Shown piece by piece: positions 28,192-37,771 of a stretch of 64,000 bases of DNA. This DNA comes from Candidatus Cloacimonadales bacterium (lineage in GTDB: Bacteria; Cloacimonadota; Cloacimonadia; Cloacimonadales; JAIOQZ01), in NCBI GenBank assembly GCA_963674825.1, contig OY771587.1, forward strand, positions 1,280,001 to 1,344,000, written 5' to 3'. Numbering within the stretch: position 1 is the stretch's first letter; the number at the start of each line of letters is the position of its first letter. The notes beneath the pieces are model-generated. The model did not search any database. It was not told the origin of the DNA and saw only the letters and a program-made list of their open reading frames with translations. A program made the translations under genes and the position numbers.

Positions 28192-29727
28192 TTACAGATA
28201 GGGGATGTGGCCTCTGCCGACACCTTTGACCCTGCAACCCAGGTTCTTGTAGGTCTTGATCCGTTCGTCGGAGAGGAAGTTGGAGCAATCGACAACAAGC
28301 GGCTTGGTTCCGCAGAGCTCGACCAACTGTTCCGGTGTGAGCGACTTGTAAGCGGCATGGCCCACAGCGAGCACAACCACGTCGGCACCCGCGAGCGTCT
28401 TCTTCATATCCTTCTCGATATATTCCATTTCCATCTCGGGCCAGGTCTCCACATAGACGTCATGGACATTTACTTCCGCCCATTCACCCTTGAGTTCACG
28501 CACCAGCGTCTCGGAGGGAGAATGACGCGTATCGCCCACCTCTTCCAGGTAGGAGACGCCCAGGATCGCGACTTTCACGTCCTTGAGCTCGGGATATTCC
28601 TCTTTGATCAGCTCGATGGTGTGGCGCGGCATGGTGTCGTTGATATTCACCGCGTTGATAGCCACGGAAAGCATATCGTCGATCTCAAAGACATCGCGCA
28701 TTGCCCAGTTTGCCAGCACGGGATCCTTGGTCAGGCAGTATCCACCCACACCGAGGCTAGGCCGCAGCAGGTTGCTGTGCGTCTCACGCTTTCTGATGGC
28801 ATCGCGAACCTTGAACAGGTCAACGCCAACCTTCTCGGCAAATCGTGCCCATTCCAGCGTCAGTGCGATATTGGCGGCGCGATAGGAGTTCTCCATCACC
28901 TTTGCCATTTCGGAGGCGTTGGTGTTATCGAGCTCGGTAAGCGGGAATTCCTTTGTATTGAGGACGTCGGTGAGGAACTTGCGTGCAAGGTCCTTGCTCT
29001 GCTGGTTTACACCAGAGTACACGCGCCAGTAGTCGCGGATGGATTCCACGTAGCGAGCGCCCGGCATCACGCGTTCATAGGAGTGCGCTACCAGCGGAGG
29101 ATATTTATCGGTATCGATACCGCGTTTCTTGAATTCTTCTTCCAGGATGGGCTTCACGATTCGTTCGGATGTTCCAGGCGGAACCGTTGTCTCCACCAGT
29201 ACGAGGCAGTCCGGCTTGATATGCTGACCCAACGTGCGCATGCCATCGCGGAAATGCGTGACATCGCAGTAGCCTTTCTCGGCTTCGCCGAAAGCGGGCT
29301 TGGTCGCATCGAGCTGGATATCGACCACAACAACATCGGCAACTTCATACGCCGTGTTTTCCCATGTTGCGCGAAGGCTTTCTTTCTCTTTCACGCACCG
29401 TTGGAAAATCTGGGGAACTTCGGGATCGGATGAGCTGACTGGCGGTACGCCTGTATTGATGACCGGCGTTTTCCAGAACGACCGGCGCGAGGGACGCTGA
29501 TGACCATGCACGAAATAGATGGCGTCGCCGTTTTCATTGGTTGCATCGGCGATAACGCTCGCCATTACGCAGCCTACGAATCCCATACCCTGGACGGTGA
29601 CGATCTTCCGTCCTCTTTTACGTTGTTCTTCAGTTATACGCAGGATTTCCTGGCGTTCTTTTTGATTCGCTTCCTCGGTAGGAAGTGGATATTTGGTTCC
29701 ATCAGGTGCAATTGAGACGTTCATCAT
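28192..29727 (-). CDS. Nucleotide-sugar (UDP-glucose/GDP-mannose/UDP-HexNAc) 6-dehydrogenase family
   Basis: GMGFVG, ETTVPPGT, ERVMPG, E.AK..ENSYR, GVGGYCLTKDP and GDTRHSP motifs; start inferred from AAGGT RBS. Confidence 0.9.
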   Translation of the reverse strand: MMNVSIAPDGTKYPLPTEEANQKERQEILRITEEQRKRGRKIVTVQGMGFVGCVMASVIADATNENGDAIYFVHGHQRPSRRSFWKTPVINTGVPPVSSSDPEVPQIFQRCVKEKESLRATWENTAYEVADVVVVDIQLDATKPAFGEAEKGYCDVTHFRDGMRTLGQHIKPDCLVLVETTVPPGTSERIVKPILEEEFKKRGIDTDKYPPLVAHSYERVMPGARYVESIRDYWRVYSGVNQQSKDLARKFLTDVLNTKEFPLTELDNTNASEMAKVMENSYRAANIALTLEWARFAEKVGVDLFKVRDAIRKRETHSNLLRPSLGVGGYCLTKDPVLANWAMRDVFEIDDMLSVAINAVNINDTMPRHTIELIKEEYPELKDVKVAILGVSYLEEVGDTRHSPSETLVRELKGEWAEVNVHDVYVETWPEMEMEYIEKDMKKTLAGADVVVLAVGHAAYKSLTPEQLVELCGTKPLVVDCSNFLSDERIKTYKNLGCRVKGVGRGHIPYL

Positions 29728-29774
29728 AACTGTTACCTTCCATACTTTTTTTGATAGAAAACGGCGTACCTTAC

Positions 29775-29838
29775 ACAACTTCCGCTTCAACAGGCCACAA
29801 GCCTACCTCTAAGAGGGCGAAAATTGTTCTTCGGGAAC
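29775..29838 (-). promoter_or_regulatory. Conserved 64-nt leader element, copy 1 (candidate structured cis-regulatory RNA)
   Basis: Two blocks shared with 33881-33944 (14/14 and 17/18 identical) at identical 32-nt spacing. Confidence 0.6.
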
Positions 29839-29910
29839 GATTTCCCGAGTTACGTCATCCAGTTAGGACCATCTCAAACAGGAAATCGTATCGATGAAGC
29901 CACGTCATCA

Positions 29911-31365
29911 TCACATTAACTCATTCACCGCGAATTGAAGAGCTTTGTCAAGTAATTCCTGTGGCGCTTTTCCGATAAATCCATTCTGGATAAGACTATC
30001 GGTCAAACCTCTTGAATAACGGATATCTTTCTCCGCTCTGGCGAATGCTTCTTCGCGCGTCATGGTGATCCGGGCAACACCGTCTTTGATCGCCTGCATC
30101 GCGACATCGGCAGCTTCGTGCGGGAACACGTCCGCTTCGTCCATCGTCGGGATAATATACTCGGGATGGATACCGCGCTTTTCAGCGTAGTTGGCCAGAG
30201 AATTAGCCGCCGCGATCGCCATATTGTCGGTCACTTTGCGGCTCCTGACCATCAACGCACCCTTGAGGATTCCTGGGAAACCCAGCGAGTTATTGACCTG
30301 ATTGGCAAAATCGCCACGTCCGGTCGCCACAATGAACGCACCCGCTTCTTTCGCGGCATAAGGGTAAATCTCCGGTACCGGGTTCGCGCAAGCAAAGATA
30401 ATCGGTTTATCTGCCATAGAGCGTATCCACTCTTTCTTGATACGGTCTGGGCCTGGCTTCGAGAGAGTAATTAAAACATCGGCTCCCTTCATCGCTTCGG
30501 TAAAATCGTTGATTTTCTTCGGGTTCGTGCTCTGGCAAAGCTCCCACTTACGATAGAAGCGCGGATCGGCTTCGATATCGGAACGATCTTTGTTCAGCGA
30601 TCCCTTCGAATCGAACATGATCATGTTTTCCGGGCTTCCACCCGCGGTGATGATGATGCGCGCGATAGTGGTATTGGACGCACCGGCACCCATGAACACG
30701 ATCTTCACTTCGCTCATCTTCTTTCCGGCCAGCTTGACCGCGTTGATCAATCCGGCGAGCGTCACGCAGGCAGTTCCCTGCGCATCGTCGTGCCAAACGG
30801 GGATGTCGCACTCTTCCCGCAGGACGTCGAGTACCTTGTAGCAGTTTGGCTGCGAAATATCTTCGAGGTTTATCGCGCCAAAGCTATGCTGGCAGCGTTT
30901 CACAAACTCTATGATGGTCTCGGGGACCTTCTCGCCTTTATCGTTACGGCTATCGATGCAGAGCGCTGTCGCATCGACACCGCCGAGGTATTTCATCAGA
31001 AAGGCCTTACCTTCCATGACACCCAGACCACCCGGAGGTGTACAATCGCCATCACCCAGTACGCGGGTGGAATCGCTTACAACCGCAACCAGATTACCCC
31101 GGTTGGTGAGGTCAAAGGAGGTTTCGTTATCATCACGGATGGTAGTGGATACTTTGGACACTCCAGGCGTGTACCACACGTTGAACCAGTTGAAGCCAAA
31201 GACACCGGCTTTCGGAATTGTCTGCATCTTTCCGCCATAATGATGGTGCATCAGTTCGGAGAGTTTTTTAAGAAGCAGTGTCTTTCCCTTCGCGATTTGC
31301 TCCTGGCTGAAATCATCAGGGAATACATCGTTGAGATTATCGAGACTTATATTCAACTTCTTCAT
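29911..31365 (-). CDS. NAD(P)-dependent malic enzyme
   Basis: YTPGV, VMEGKA, NLEDI..P.C, HDDAQGT, GAGA, ANPVPEI and TGRGDF.NQVNN..FPG motifs. Confidence 0.93.
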   Translation of the reverse strand: MKKLNISLDNLNDVFPDDFSQEQIAKGKTLLLKKLSELMHHHYGGKMQTIPKAGVFGFNWFNVWYTPGVSKVSTTIRDDNETSFDLTNRGNLVAVVSDSTRVLGDGDCTPPGGLGVMEGKAFLMKYLGGVDATALCIDSRNDKGEKVPETIIEFVKRCQHSFGAINLEDISQPNCYKVLDVLREECDIPVWHDDAQGTACVTLAGLINAVKLAGKKMSEVKIVFMGAGASNTTIARIIITAGGSPENMIMFDSKGSLNKDRSDIEADPRFYRKWELCQSTNPKKINDFTEAMKGADVLITLSKPGPDRIKKEWIRSMADKPIIFACANPVPEIYPYAAKEAGAFIVATGRGDFANQVNNSLGFPGILKGALMVRSRKVTDNMAIAAANSLANYAEKRGIHPEYIIPTMDEADVFPHEAADVAMQAIKDGVARITMTREEAFARAEKDIRYSRGLTDSLIQNGFIGKAPQELLDKALQFAVNELM

Positions 31366-31384
31366 CGATAGCTCCTTATGTTTT

Positions 31385-33058
31385 TCAGAGTATGGTTCCC
31401 TCGTAGTGAGCGGTTAGCTGTTTTGCTTTCACATGATCGGGAATGTAGTCGGGCAGCACCATGGGTGACACGGTATTTCTGTCAATCCCCAATTCCTCTG
31501 CTTCCTTATTATATTTATGAACATGATCCAGTGTCAGCGTTCCATGCTCAACCCCTTCCGAGACTCGCTTGGCAGCGTTGATACCTGCACGTCTTCCAAA
31601 TACGATGATATCGAGTTGGGAATTACCCATCAGACGATTGCGTCCATGCACACCGCCACTGGCTTCACCCGCAACATACAAGCCGGGGATCGAGGTCTCC
31701 GATTTCTCGTTGATCTCCAACCCTCCATTCTGGTAATGCAGCGTAGGATAGACCAGCATGGGGTACTTGGTGATATCGATATCGAAGCGCTTATATTGCC
31801 GAAGCATGGCGGGTAAGTTCCTCTCGATGGTGCCCGATCCGCTAAGCTCTTCGATCAGAGGCGAATCGAGCCAGATACCGTATAGGCCGGATGGTGTCTG
31901 AACGCCGAGGTTACGCTCCTTGCATTCGCGTATGAATGCCGATGCTTCGATGTCGCGCGGTTCCAACGGGTAAACGAACAGCTCTCCCTGGTTGTTGACC
32001 GGCTGTGCGCCCAGTGCGCGGATCTTCTCGGTGCAGAGGAAACCAACGATCTGCTCGGGGTAAACGGCACCGGTGGGGTGATATTGCACCGAATCCATGA
32101 AAAGCAGCTTTGCGCCGGCCCTGTAGCCCAGTACCAGTCCGTCGGCAGTAGCGCCGTAGTGATTAGTCGTCTCGAATCCGCGTATATGAAGACGCCCGAA
32201 GCCTCCTGTAGCAATGATGATCGATTTTGCGCGGATGGTGGAGAATTGCTTGTTCTCGAGATGGAACATCACTGCACCGGCAGCCTGGCCTTTGTCGTCC
32301 ATGATCAGCTCGATCACGGCAGTGTATTCTATGTATTTGATCTTATCGGGACGGTTATAAACTTCATCGCGAAGTACCTTACAGATGGCAGCTCCGGTGT
32401 AGTCGCGCGCGGAATGCATGCGGCTGCGGCAGGTACCTCCACCGGGCTTGACCAGCATGGTTCCGTCTTCGTTCTTGTCGAACATCACCCCGAGGTCTTC
32501 CAGCCATTTGATCGACTGCGGAGCGTCCTTCACCAGCGCTTCCACCAGCTCAGGCTTGTTGTCGAAGTGGCCACCTCCGATTACATCGAGGTAGTGCAGT
32601 GTAGGGGTGTCGTCAGTTTGGTCCGCCGCCTGAATACCACCCTGCGCCATCATGGAATTGGAATCCCCCAGGCGCAACTTGGTGACAACAGTGACATTCG
32701 CACCGGCGGCCTCGGCTTCCAGCGCTGCGGCCAGTCCGGCCGAGCCAGCTCCGATCACCAGCACATCCGTCTCTTCGGTGACGCTGCTCAGATCAATTAT
32801 ATCGGGATCAATGCGCGCGTAAGATTCGAGAAGATCTGCGATTTCCGTCGTGATTTTCTCACCTTTGTTCGGACCCATGCGAATAACGCGCCGCGATTCG
32901 TCCTTGTAGTCGGGATGAAACTTTCTGAGGATCTCTTCCCGTTCGGACTCACTCATAGCTTCATAGACTTGCTTGCCAAATTTCTTTGCCAGTTCGAGTC
33001 GCTTGGGGCGGGTCTTTTCCACCATCTTTATGGATTCCATCATATATTCTGGATACAT
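31385..33058 (-). CDS. Fumarate reductase/succinate dehydrogenase/L-aspartate oxidase family flavoprotein
   Basis: GAGSAG, SNSMMAQGG, ATGG, QYHPTG, HYQNGG and AGE..GG.HG.NRLMGNS motifs. Confidence 0.88.
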   Translation of the reverse strand: MYPEYMMESIKMVEKTRPKRLELAKKFGKQVYEAMSESEREEILRKFHPDYKDESRRVIRMGPNKGEKITTEIADLLESYARIDPDIIDLSSVTEETDVLVIGAGSAGLAAALEAEAAGANVTVVTKLRLGDSNSMMAQGGIQAADQTDDTPTLHYLDVIGGGHFDNKPELVEALVKDAPQSIKWLEDLGVMFDKNEDGTMLVKPGGGTCRSRMHSARDYTGAAICKVLRDEVYNRPDKIKYIEYTAVIELIMDDKGQAAGAVMFHLENKQFSTIRAKSIIIATGGFGRLHIRGFETTNHYGATADGLVLGYRAGAKLLFMDSVQYHPTGAVYPEQIVGFLCTEKIRALGAQPVNNQGELFVYPLEPRDIEASAFIRECKERNLGVQTPSGLYGIWLDSPLIEELSGSGTIERNLPAMLRQYKRFDIDITKYPMLVYPTLHYQNGGLEINEKSETSIPGLYVAGEASGGVHGRNRLMGNSQLDIIVFGRRAGINAAKRVSEGVEHGTLTLDHVHKYNKEAEELGIDRNTVSPMVLPDYIPDHVKAKQLTAHYEGTIL

Positions 33059-33088
33059 AGTTACTCCTGCTTCATCGTGTAAATGGTT

Positions 33089-33772
33089 TTATAGCTTGAT
33101 TTGGCGACCGTAGTACTTCTTCGCCAGATCTTCGCGCGAGGATGACATCATATCTTTGAACTCGGGGTCGTATTTGCCGTCAGCGACTTCCCGAATCCGG
33201 ATTTCGAGCTGCGGATGCTTGGGTGAAAGGTAGCGGCCGTAGAGCCTCTGCGCCAGAATCGCAGCGTTGTATTGCACGATCTCGGCCGGGCAACGCAACG
33301 CGCAGAGTCCACACCTGATGCAGTCGAAGGAGAGGTCGGCAGCACGCGCAATATCTCCACGGATAAGCGCTTGAATGTAATCCATCACCTGGATTTCCTG
33401 TGGACACGCCTTGGTGCAAGTATTGCAGGCGACGCACCGGAACACGGTTGGAAATAGCCTTTGGAACGTGTCTTCGTCTGGTGTGAGGTCTTCAATATTG
33501 TAGATCGGTTTTTCCGCAGGAACAAACGGTATCTGCGCGATCGCCATCCCCTCCGTAACCACCGTCTGGCACGCCAGACCGCCCTTCAGTTTGTAGTCTC
33601 CGGCTTCGCGATAGATCGTACCGCAAGCCCCGCAATAGCCTTCGCGGCAACCGACGCCACGTTTCAGTTGGAATCCCGCATATTCAATCGCCGTCAGGAT
33701 CGTCGATCCGTCCGGTACCATATAGGATTCGCCCATGATGTACACCTTAACCATCTTACGCTGGTTATGCAT
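33089..33772 (-). CDS. FrdB/SdhB-like iron-sulfur protein (2Fe-2S plus two 4Fe-4S)
   Basis: CREGYCGAC..LACQ, CVACNTCTKACP and CIRCGLCALRCP motifs; RBS GGAGG. Confidence 0.88.
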   Translation of the reverse strand: MHNQRKMVKVYIMGESYMVPDGSTILTAIEYAGFQLKRGVGCREGYCGACGTIYREAGDYKLKGGLACQTVVTEGMAIAQIPFVPAEKPIYNIEDLTPDEDTFQRLFPTVFRCVACNTCTKACPQEIQVMDYIQALIRGDIARAADLSFDCIRCGLCALRCPAEIVQYNAAILAQRLYGRYLSPKHPQLEIRIREVADGKYDPEFKDMMSSSREDLAKKYYGRQIKL

Positions 33773-33880
33773 AGAGCCTCCAGGATTGTATTGTAGTAGT
33801 CTTTAGTCTGTGAATTGTCGGTTCGAATAGTAACTGCATTTCGAGATGACTGAGTTTCAAATTATACCCCAATTATTCAT

Positions 33881-33944
33881 ACAACTTCCGCTTCGATGCG
33901 CTGTATATCCGCATCTCGGGAGCACGAAATTGTTCTCCGGGAAC
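33881..33944 (-). promoter_or_regulatory. Conserved 64-nt leader element, copy 2
   Basis: Matches 29775-29838; lies 108 nt upstream of the Fe-S gene start. Confidence 0.6.
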
Positions 33945-34298
33945 ACCCTGTTCGTACATACGAACAGCAAGATATTTTCGAATCCCTTGTCAAATCGGCC
34001 CTGGAGCCAATAGTTCCGCCATCAAACGGCTTCCTGAATACGGAATGAGCCTTCTTTTTCAAATTCTGTCAATTATTTTTTCTTTCAACAACCACCTAAA
34101 TCCTTTCTTTTGCGATAAAATGCGATTTCAGCTTGAATGAACTTCAATTACCGCCACACTGTCCGAGACCAGATTTAGTGTGACAATTTAACAAATACGC
34201 TATAATATTTTTAGTAATCAATTGACAATCTGCCTCGAATCCCCATAAACTGAACCTCAAACTCAATTATAGCTTCATTTACTTCGGAGGAGGAATCA

Positions 34299-35393
34299 AT
34301 GGTGAATATCAGACGATCTGTATTGCTATACACAATGCTATTGCTGCTGACTTGTGGCGTATTGCAGGCTGACTATTACAGCAACTCCGTTTTAGTGAGG
34401 CAGCCTGCCTCCGCACGGCAGATCGCGATGGGATATCAATCCTGCGGTGCGTACATCTGGAGTCAGAATCCACTCACTGCGCTGAACAACCCCGCACTAT
34501 TGAGTTATCAGAATGGCTTCCGATATGCACTATCCCGCTATATTCACTCGACTGACACCGTCAGCAACACCACATCCTATGTTGGCTTTGGCGGAAACGG
34601 CTGGGGAATTCTGCTGCCTTCGGGGAACATGACGTCCGGCTTCGGTAATGATCTGGAGATTGAGGAAGAGCATTTTTCTATAAGTACACAATATTATGGA
34701 TTGGGGATCAATCTTTCCAAGCTCTCCGACCTTCGCCTTGGAGCAGAATCGGATCCCAGAGTATTCAACTTTTCAATGGGTTTCTCCCTCATTCGATACG
34801 CAGAGGATCAATGGGGAGGTGATGATTATAGCGGCGAATCGCTGGATGGAGGTGTTCTGATGGAAATCACGCCAACAGCGGTATCCGATAAACCCGTCGA
34901 TTTTTCGATAACCGCAGCAGCCGATTTCTACAATATCTTCCAGGGCGAGATCGAAAATCGCTGGGACCACAGTGAACCACTGATATACGGCATGGTTCTT
35001 TCAGCCGCATCCAGAATCGCCTATCGCACTGACAAGGTCGAAAACGAGATGCTTAAAAAAGTATGACCGACCTTTTTCAGCGTTGCCGCAACCGTCAACC
35101 ACGATGATATCTGTTACGACAAGGACAAGCAGGATCGCGGCTCATTCGGCGCGGAACTGGGGCTGATGAATATCTTCTTTGTGCGCTTTGGCGAAAGCAG
35201 CCACCTCTCTCAATCGAAGACACCACGAGATAAATTCAGCACATTCGGAGTTGGGGTGAACCTGCAATATGAAGATCTGGTTCAATATGAGTGGAATTAC
35301 GCCGAATACAATCCGGGCTACTCGAAGGTACGCAACTGGGACATGATGCTGCATGTGAATATCTGGAAACTGATGACACTCGGGATGAAATAG
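34299..35393 (+). pseudogene. PorV/FadL-like outer-membrane barrel paralog 1, interrupted by an in-frame TGA at 35064-35066
   Basis: SARQIAMG..NPA motif; the frame continues after TGA (PTFFSVAAT..GAELGLMNIFFVRFG..YEWNYAE..WDMML), matching the C-termini of the paralogs. Confidence 0.7.
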
Positions 35394-35400
35394 GGAGACA

Positions 35401-36576
35401 ATGATGAAGATGAACAAACTCGGTATCAGTATCGCGATGACAATCCTTTGCAGCATTCTGATGGCCTTTCCGCATACAATCGCACAAGCACCCGTCTCCG
35501 CAACCCAGAGCAGCATGGGTTTTATGTATTCCGGTGGAGCTTACATCTGGAGCAATAATCCCCTGAATGCCTGGACGAATCCCGCTAAACTCGGTTTCCA
35601 GCAAGGTATATCCAATGGGTATTTCTTCGACGACTATGATACTTTCTCGAAAGTTAAAAAAGACGCATCCATGATGGCGATCGGTTGGAATGGAATCGGT
35701 ATTTTGCTTCCCACAGTCAATACGTCCGGAAAATTCGGCCATACGATTGATTACGGGGAATGGTCATTCAATAATTATAGCGACGGAACATACCTGGGAA
35801 CAGGCAATTGCTACCACACAATCCAGCAATACGCCCTGGGCGTTAACTTTATGGAGCTGATGCGAGACGGAGATCCGTGGGACAAGATCAACAGAGGCAT
35901 GTTTGATCTTTCGCTGGGGGTCGCTGTGACGCACTACCTCACAAATGCAACGTACAACTTTGATCCAGAAGAAGAGGGATATACATCTTCGACATCTAAT
36001 GATGTTGACGAGTATTTTTACAATGCCGGGATGATAGCAAAGTTCTCTACCTTCGCGAATTCAGATCTTCCCTACCGGCTGGACTTCAGTCTTGGTACAA
36101 CCTGGCTGAATATAACGGAAGTCGATGCCTTTATCTGGGATTATGAATACATTGACGATGATGACAAAAAAATGTTTTCGAATGGTCTCCTATACTCGGG
36201 TTCCGCATATGGCGCGATCCTTCCATTCAACAAACCCTACAGCTTCTTTGATCATACGATCAATGAGCTCCTGAGCGTTGCATACACTTACGACTATTTC
36301 GATAACGAATTTGGCAGCCACGATAACGACGTGCAGTCGTGGGGTCTGGAGTATGGCCTGCTGAACACCTTCTACATCAGGCACGGACAGTACAATTTCA
36401 ATCCGGTCAAATGGGGATACACAAATGACTGCTTCGGTCTTGGGCTGAAACTCCGGTACCGCGACCTGATCGAATACGAATGGAATTACGCCGAGACCGA
36501 GTATTTGACCGATATGAGTAGATGCTGGGACATGATGCTGAACGTAAACCTGATGAAGATTATAGACGTACTATAG
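35401..36576 (+). CDS. PorV/FadL-like outer-membrane barrel paralog 2
   Basis: Signal peptide; SGGAYIWSNNP..NPAKLG; GWNGIGILLP; amphipathic beta strands. Confidence 0.7.
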   Translation: MMKMNKLGISIAMTILCSILMAFPHTIAQAPVSATQSSMGFMYSGGAYIWSNNPLNAWTNPAKLGFQQGISNGYFFDDYDTFSKVKKDASMMAIGWNGIGILLPTVNTSGKFGHTIDYGEWSFNNYSDGTYLGTGNCYHTIQQYALGVNFMELMRDGDPWDKINRGMFDLSLGVAVTHYLTNATYNFDPEEEGYTSSTSNDVDEYFYNAGMIAKFSTFANSDLPYRLDFSLGTTWLNITEVDAFIWDYEYIDDDDKKMFSNGLLYSGSAYGAILPFNKPYSFFDHTINELLSVAYTYDYFDNEFGSHDNDVQSWGLEYGLLNTFYIRHGQYNFNPVKWGYTNDCFGLGLKLRYRDLIEYEWNYAETEYLTDMSRCWDMMLNVNLMKIIDVL

Positions 36577-36593
36577 ATAGTTACGGAGGATTT

Positions 36594-37724
36594 ATGCGAA
36601 GAGACACATTCCTTACAGTTGTGATTATACTACTGATTGCTGTAACTGTTATTCCATGTTTTGGACACGCATTCTATTATGACAATTTCAATACGATGTC
36701 CCCATCTGCCTCAACGATCGGACGCGGAGGCTATATATCCGGCGGCGCCCATATCTGGAGCCAGAATCCCCTGGAATATTGGGATAATCCAGCAAAACTC
36801 GGCTATGCAAAAGGCTTTGCATACGGACACCACACACACGAGTATAAAGATTGGCCAGCAAGTCGTAGAGCCGCCTGTGCTACTTTCGGGTGGAATGGAA
36901 TCGGTATCATGGTTCCCGCCCTTAATGACTACGGCAGGTTCGGTCATTCGATAGACTATGATAGCGAGTTCTACGACGAAACACCTTATGAAGATACCGA
37001 ACGCTACGCAATTGGCGTTAATCTTTTTGATGCGATATTCGATCGAAACGGTCATGGAATTCGTAATCGATTCCTGTCCGAAATATCGTTTGGTGCTACT
37101 TTGCAGAGATATATGTTCGATTGGGGTGAATACACGCATGTTACAGAACAATCATCCGTCAATATCGGATCGCTCATCCGGATGACACCGATTGACTGGA
37201 CGAATTCCGATTACTCACTGGATGTCGTGGCAGGTTTGAACTGGACCAATATCACCAAAGAAAAAGTAACTGTTCGCCTCATTGGAGATGGCAATTATTT
37301 TATGTATGATTATCCGCTGCTCTACGGCATGAAATACTCTCTCGCGGCAAAAGGAAGCTATAGACCTGTAAATATGCTATCGACCATGAATCGCGACTTC
37401 TTCGACGAAATCCTCAGCATGGCTCTGACACTGGATCATTATGATTTCGGCTTTTCAGAAGATGATGAAGACTGGTCGTCCATAGGCCTTGAACTCGGCG
37501 TAATGGATATCTTCTATTTCCGCATGGGAAACATGCATCTCGTCTATGAGAATCATCCCGATTCCGATTGGTTCACCTATGGTTTCGGCATTAAGGTTGA
37601 CTACCGGAACACCTTTGAATTCCAATGGAATTATGCAGACTCAGAAACCGATCTTGATAATTTCACAATGTACGATTTCATGCTGCGAATTAACTTTCTC
37701 GAGCTTGGTAATCTGAAGCAATGA
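36594..37724 (+). CDS. PorV/FadL-like outer-membrane barrel paralog 3
   Basis: RBS GGAGG; SGGAHIWSQNP..WDNPAKLG. Confidence 0.7.
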   Translation: MRRDTFLTVVIILLIAVTVIPCFGHAFYYDNFNTMSPSASTIGRGGYISGGAHIWSQNPLEYWDNPAKLGYAKGFAYGHHTHEYKDWPASRRAACATFGWNGIGIMVPALNDYGRFGHSIDYDSEFYDETPYEDTERYAIGVNLFDAIFDRNGHGIRNRFLSEISFGATLQRYMFDWGEYTHVTEQSSVNIGSLIRMTPIDWTNSDYSLDVVAGLNWTNITKEKVTVRLIGDGNYFMYDYPLLYGMKYSLAAKGSYRPVNMLSTMNRDFFDEILSMALTLDHYDFGFSEDDEDWSSIGLELGVMDIFYFRMGNMHLVYENHPDSDWFTYGFGIKVDYRNTFEFQWNYADSETDLDNFTMYDFMLRINFLELGNLKQ

Positions 37725-37771
37725 TATTCTCGACGTTTTGAGCATGGCATGATTTGCACGTCGGAGGGCTA

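Noticed and set aside
29775..29838. Glycine riboswitch or hammerhead identity for the repeated leader
   Set aside because: Only a partial CCGAAG resemblance; no GGAGA/CUCUCAGG or CUGAUGA cores
33877..34062. 61-aa ORF as a leader peptide
   Set aside because: Non-ATG start, no clear RBS, no informative codon run; it overlaps the conserved non-coding element
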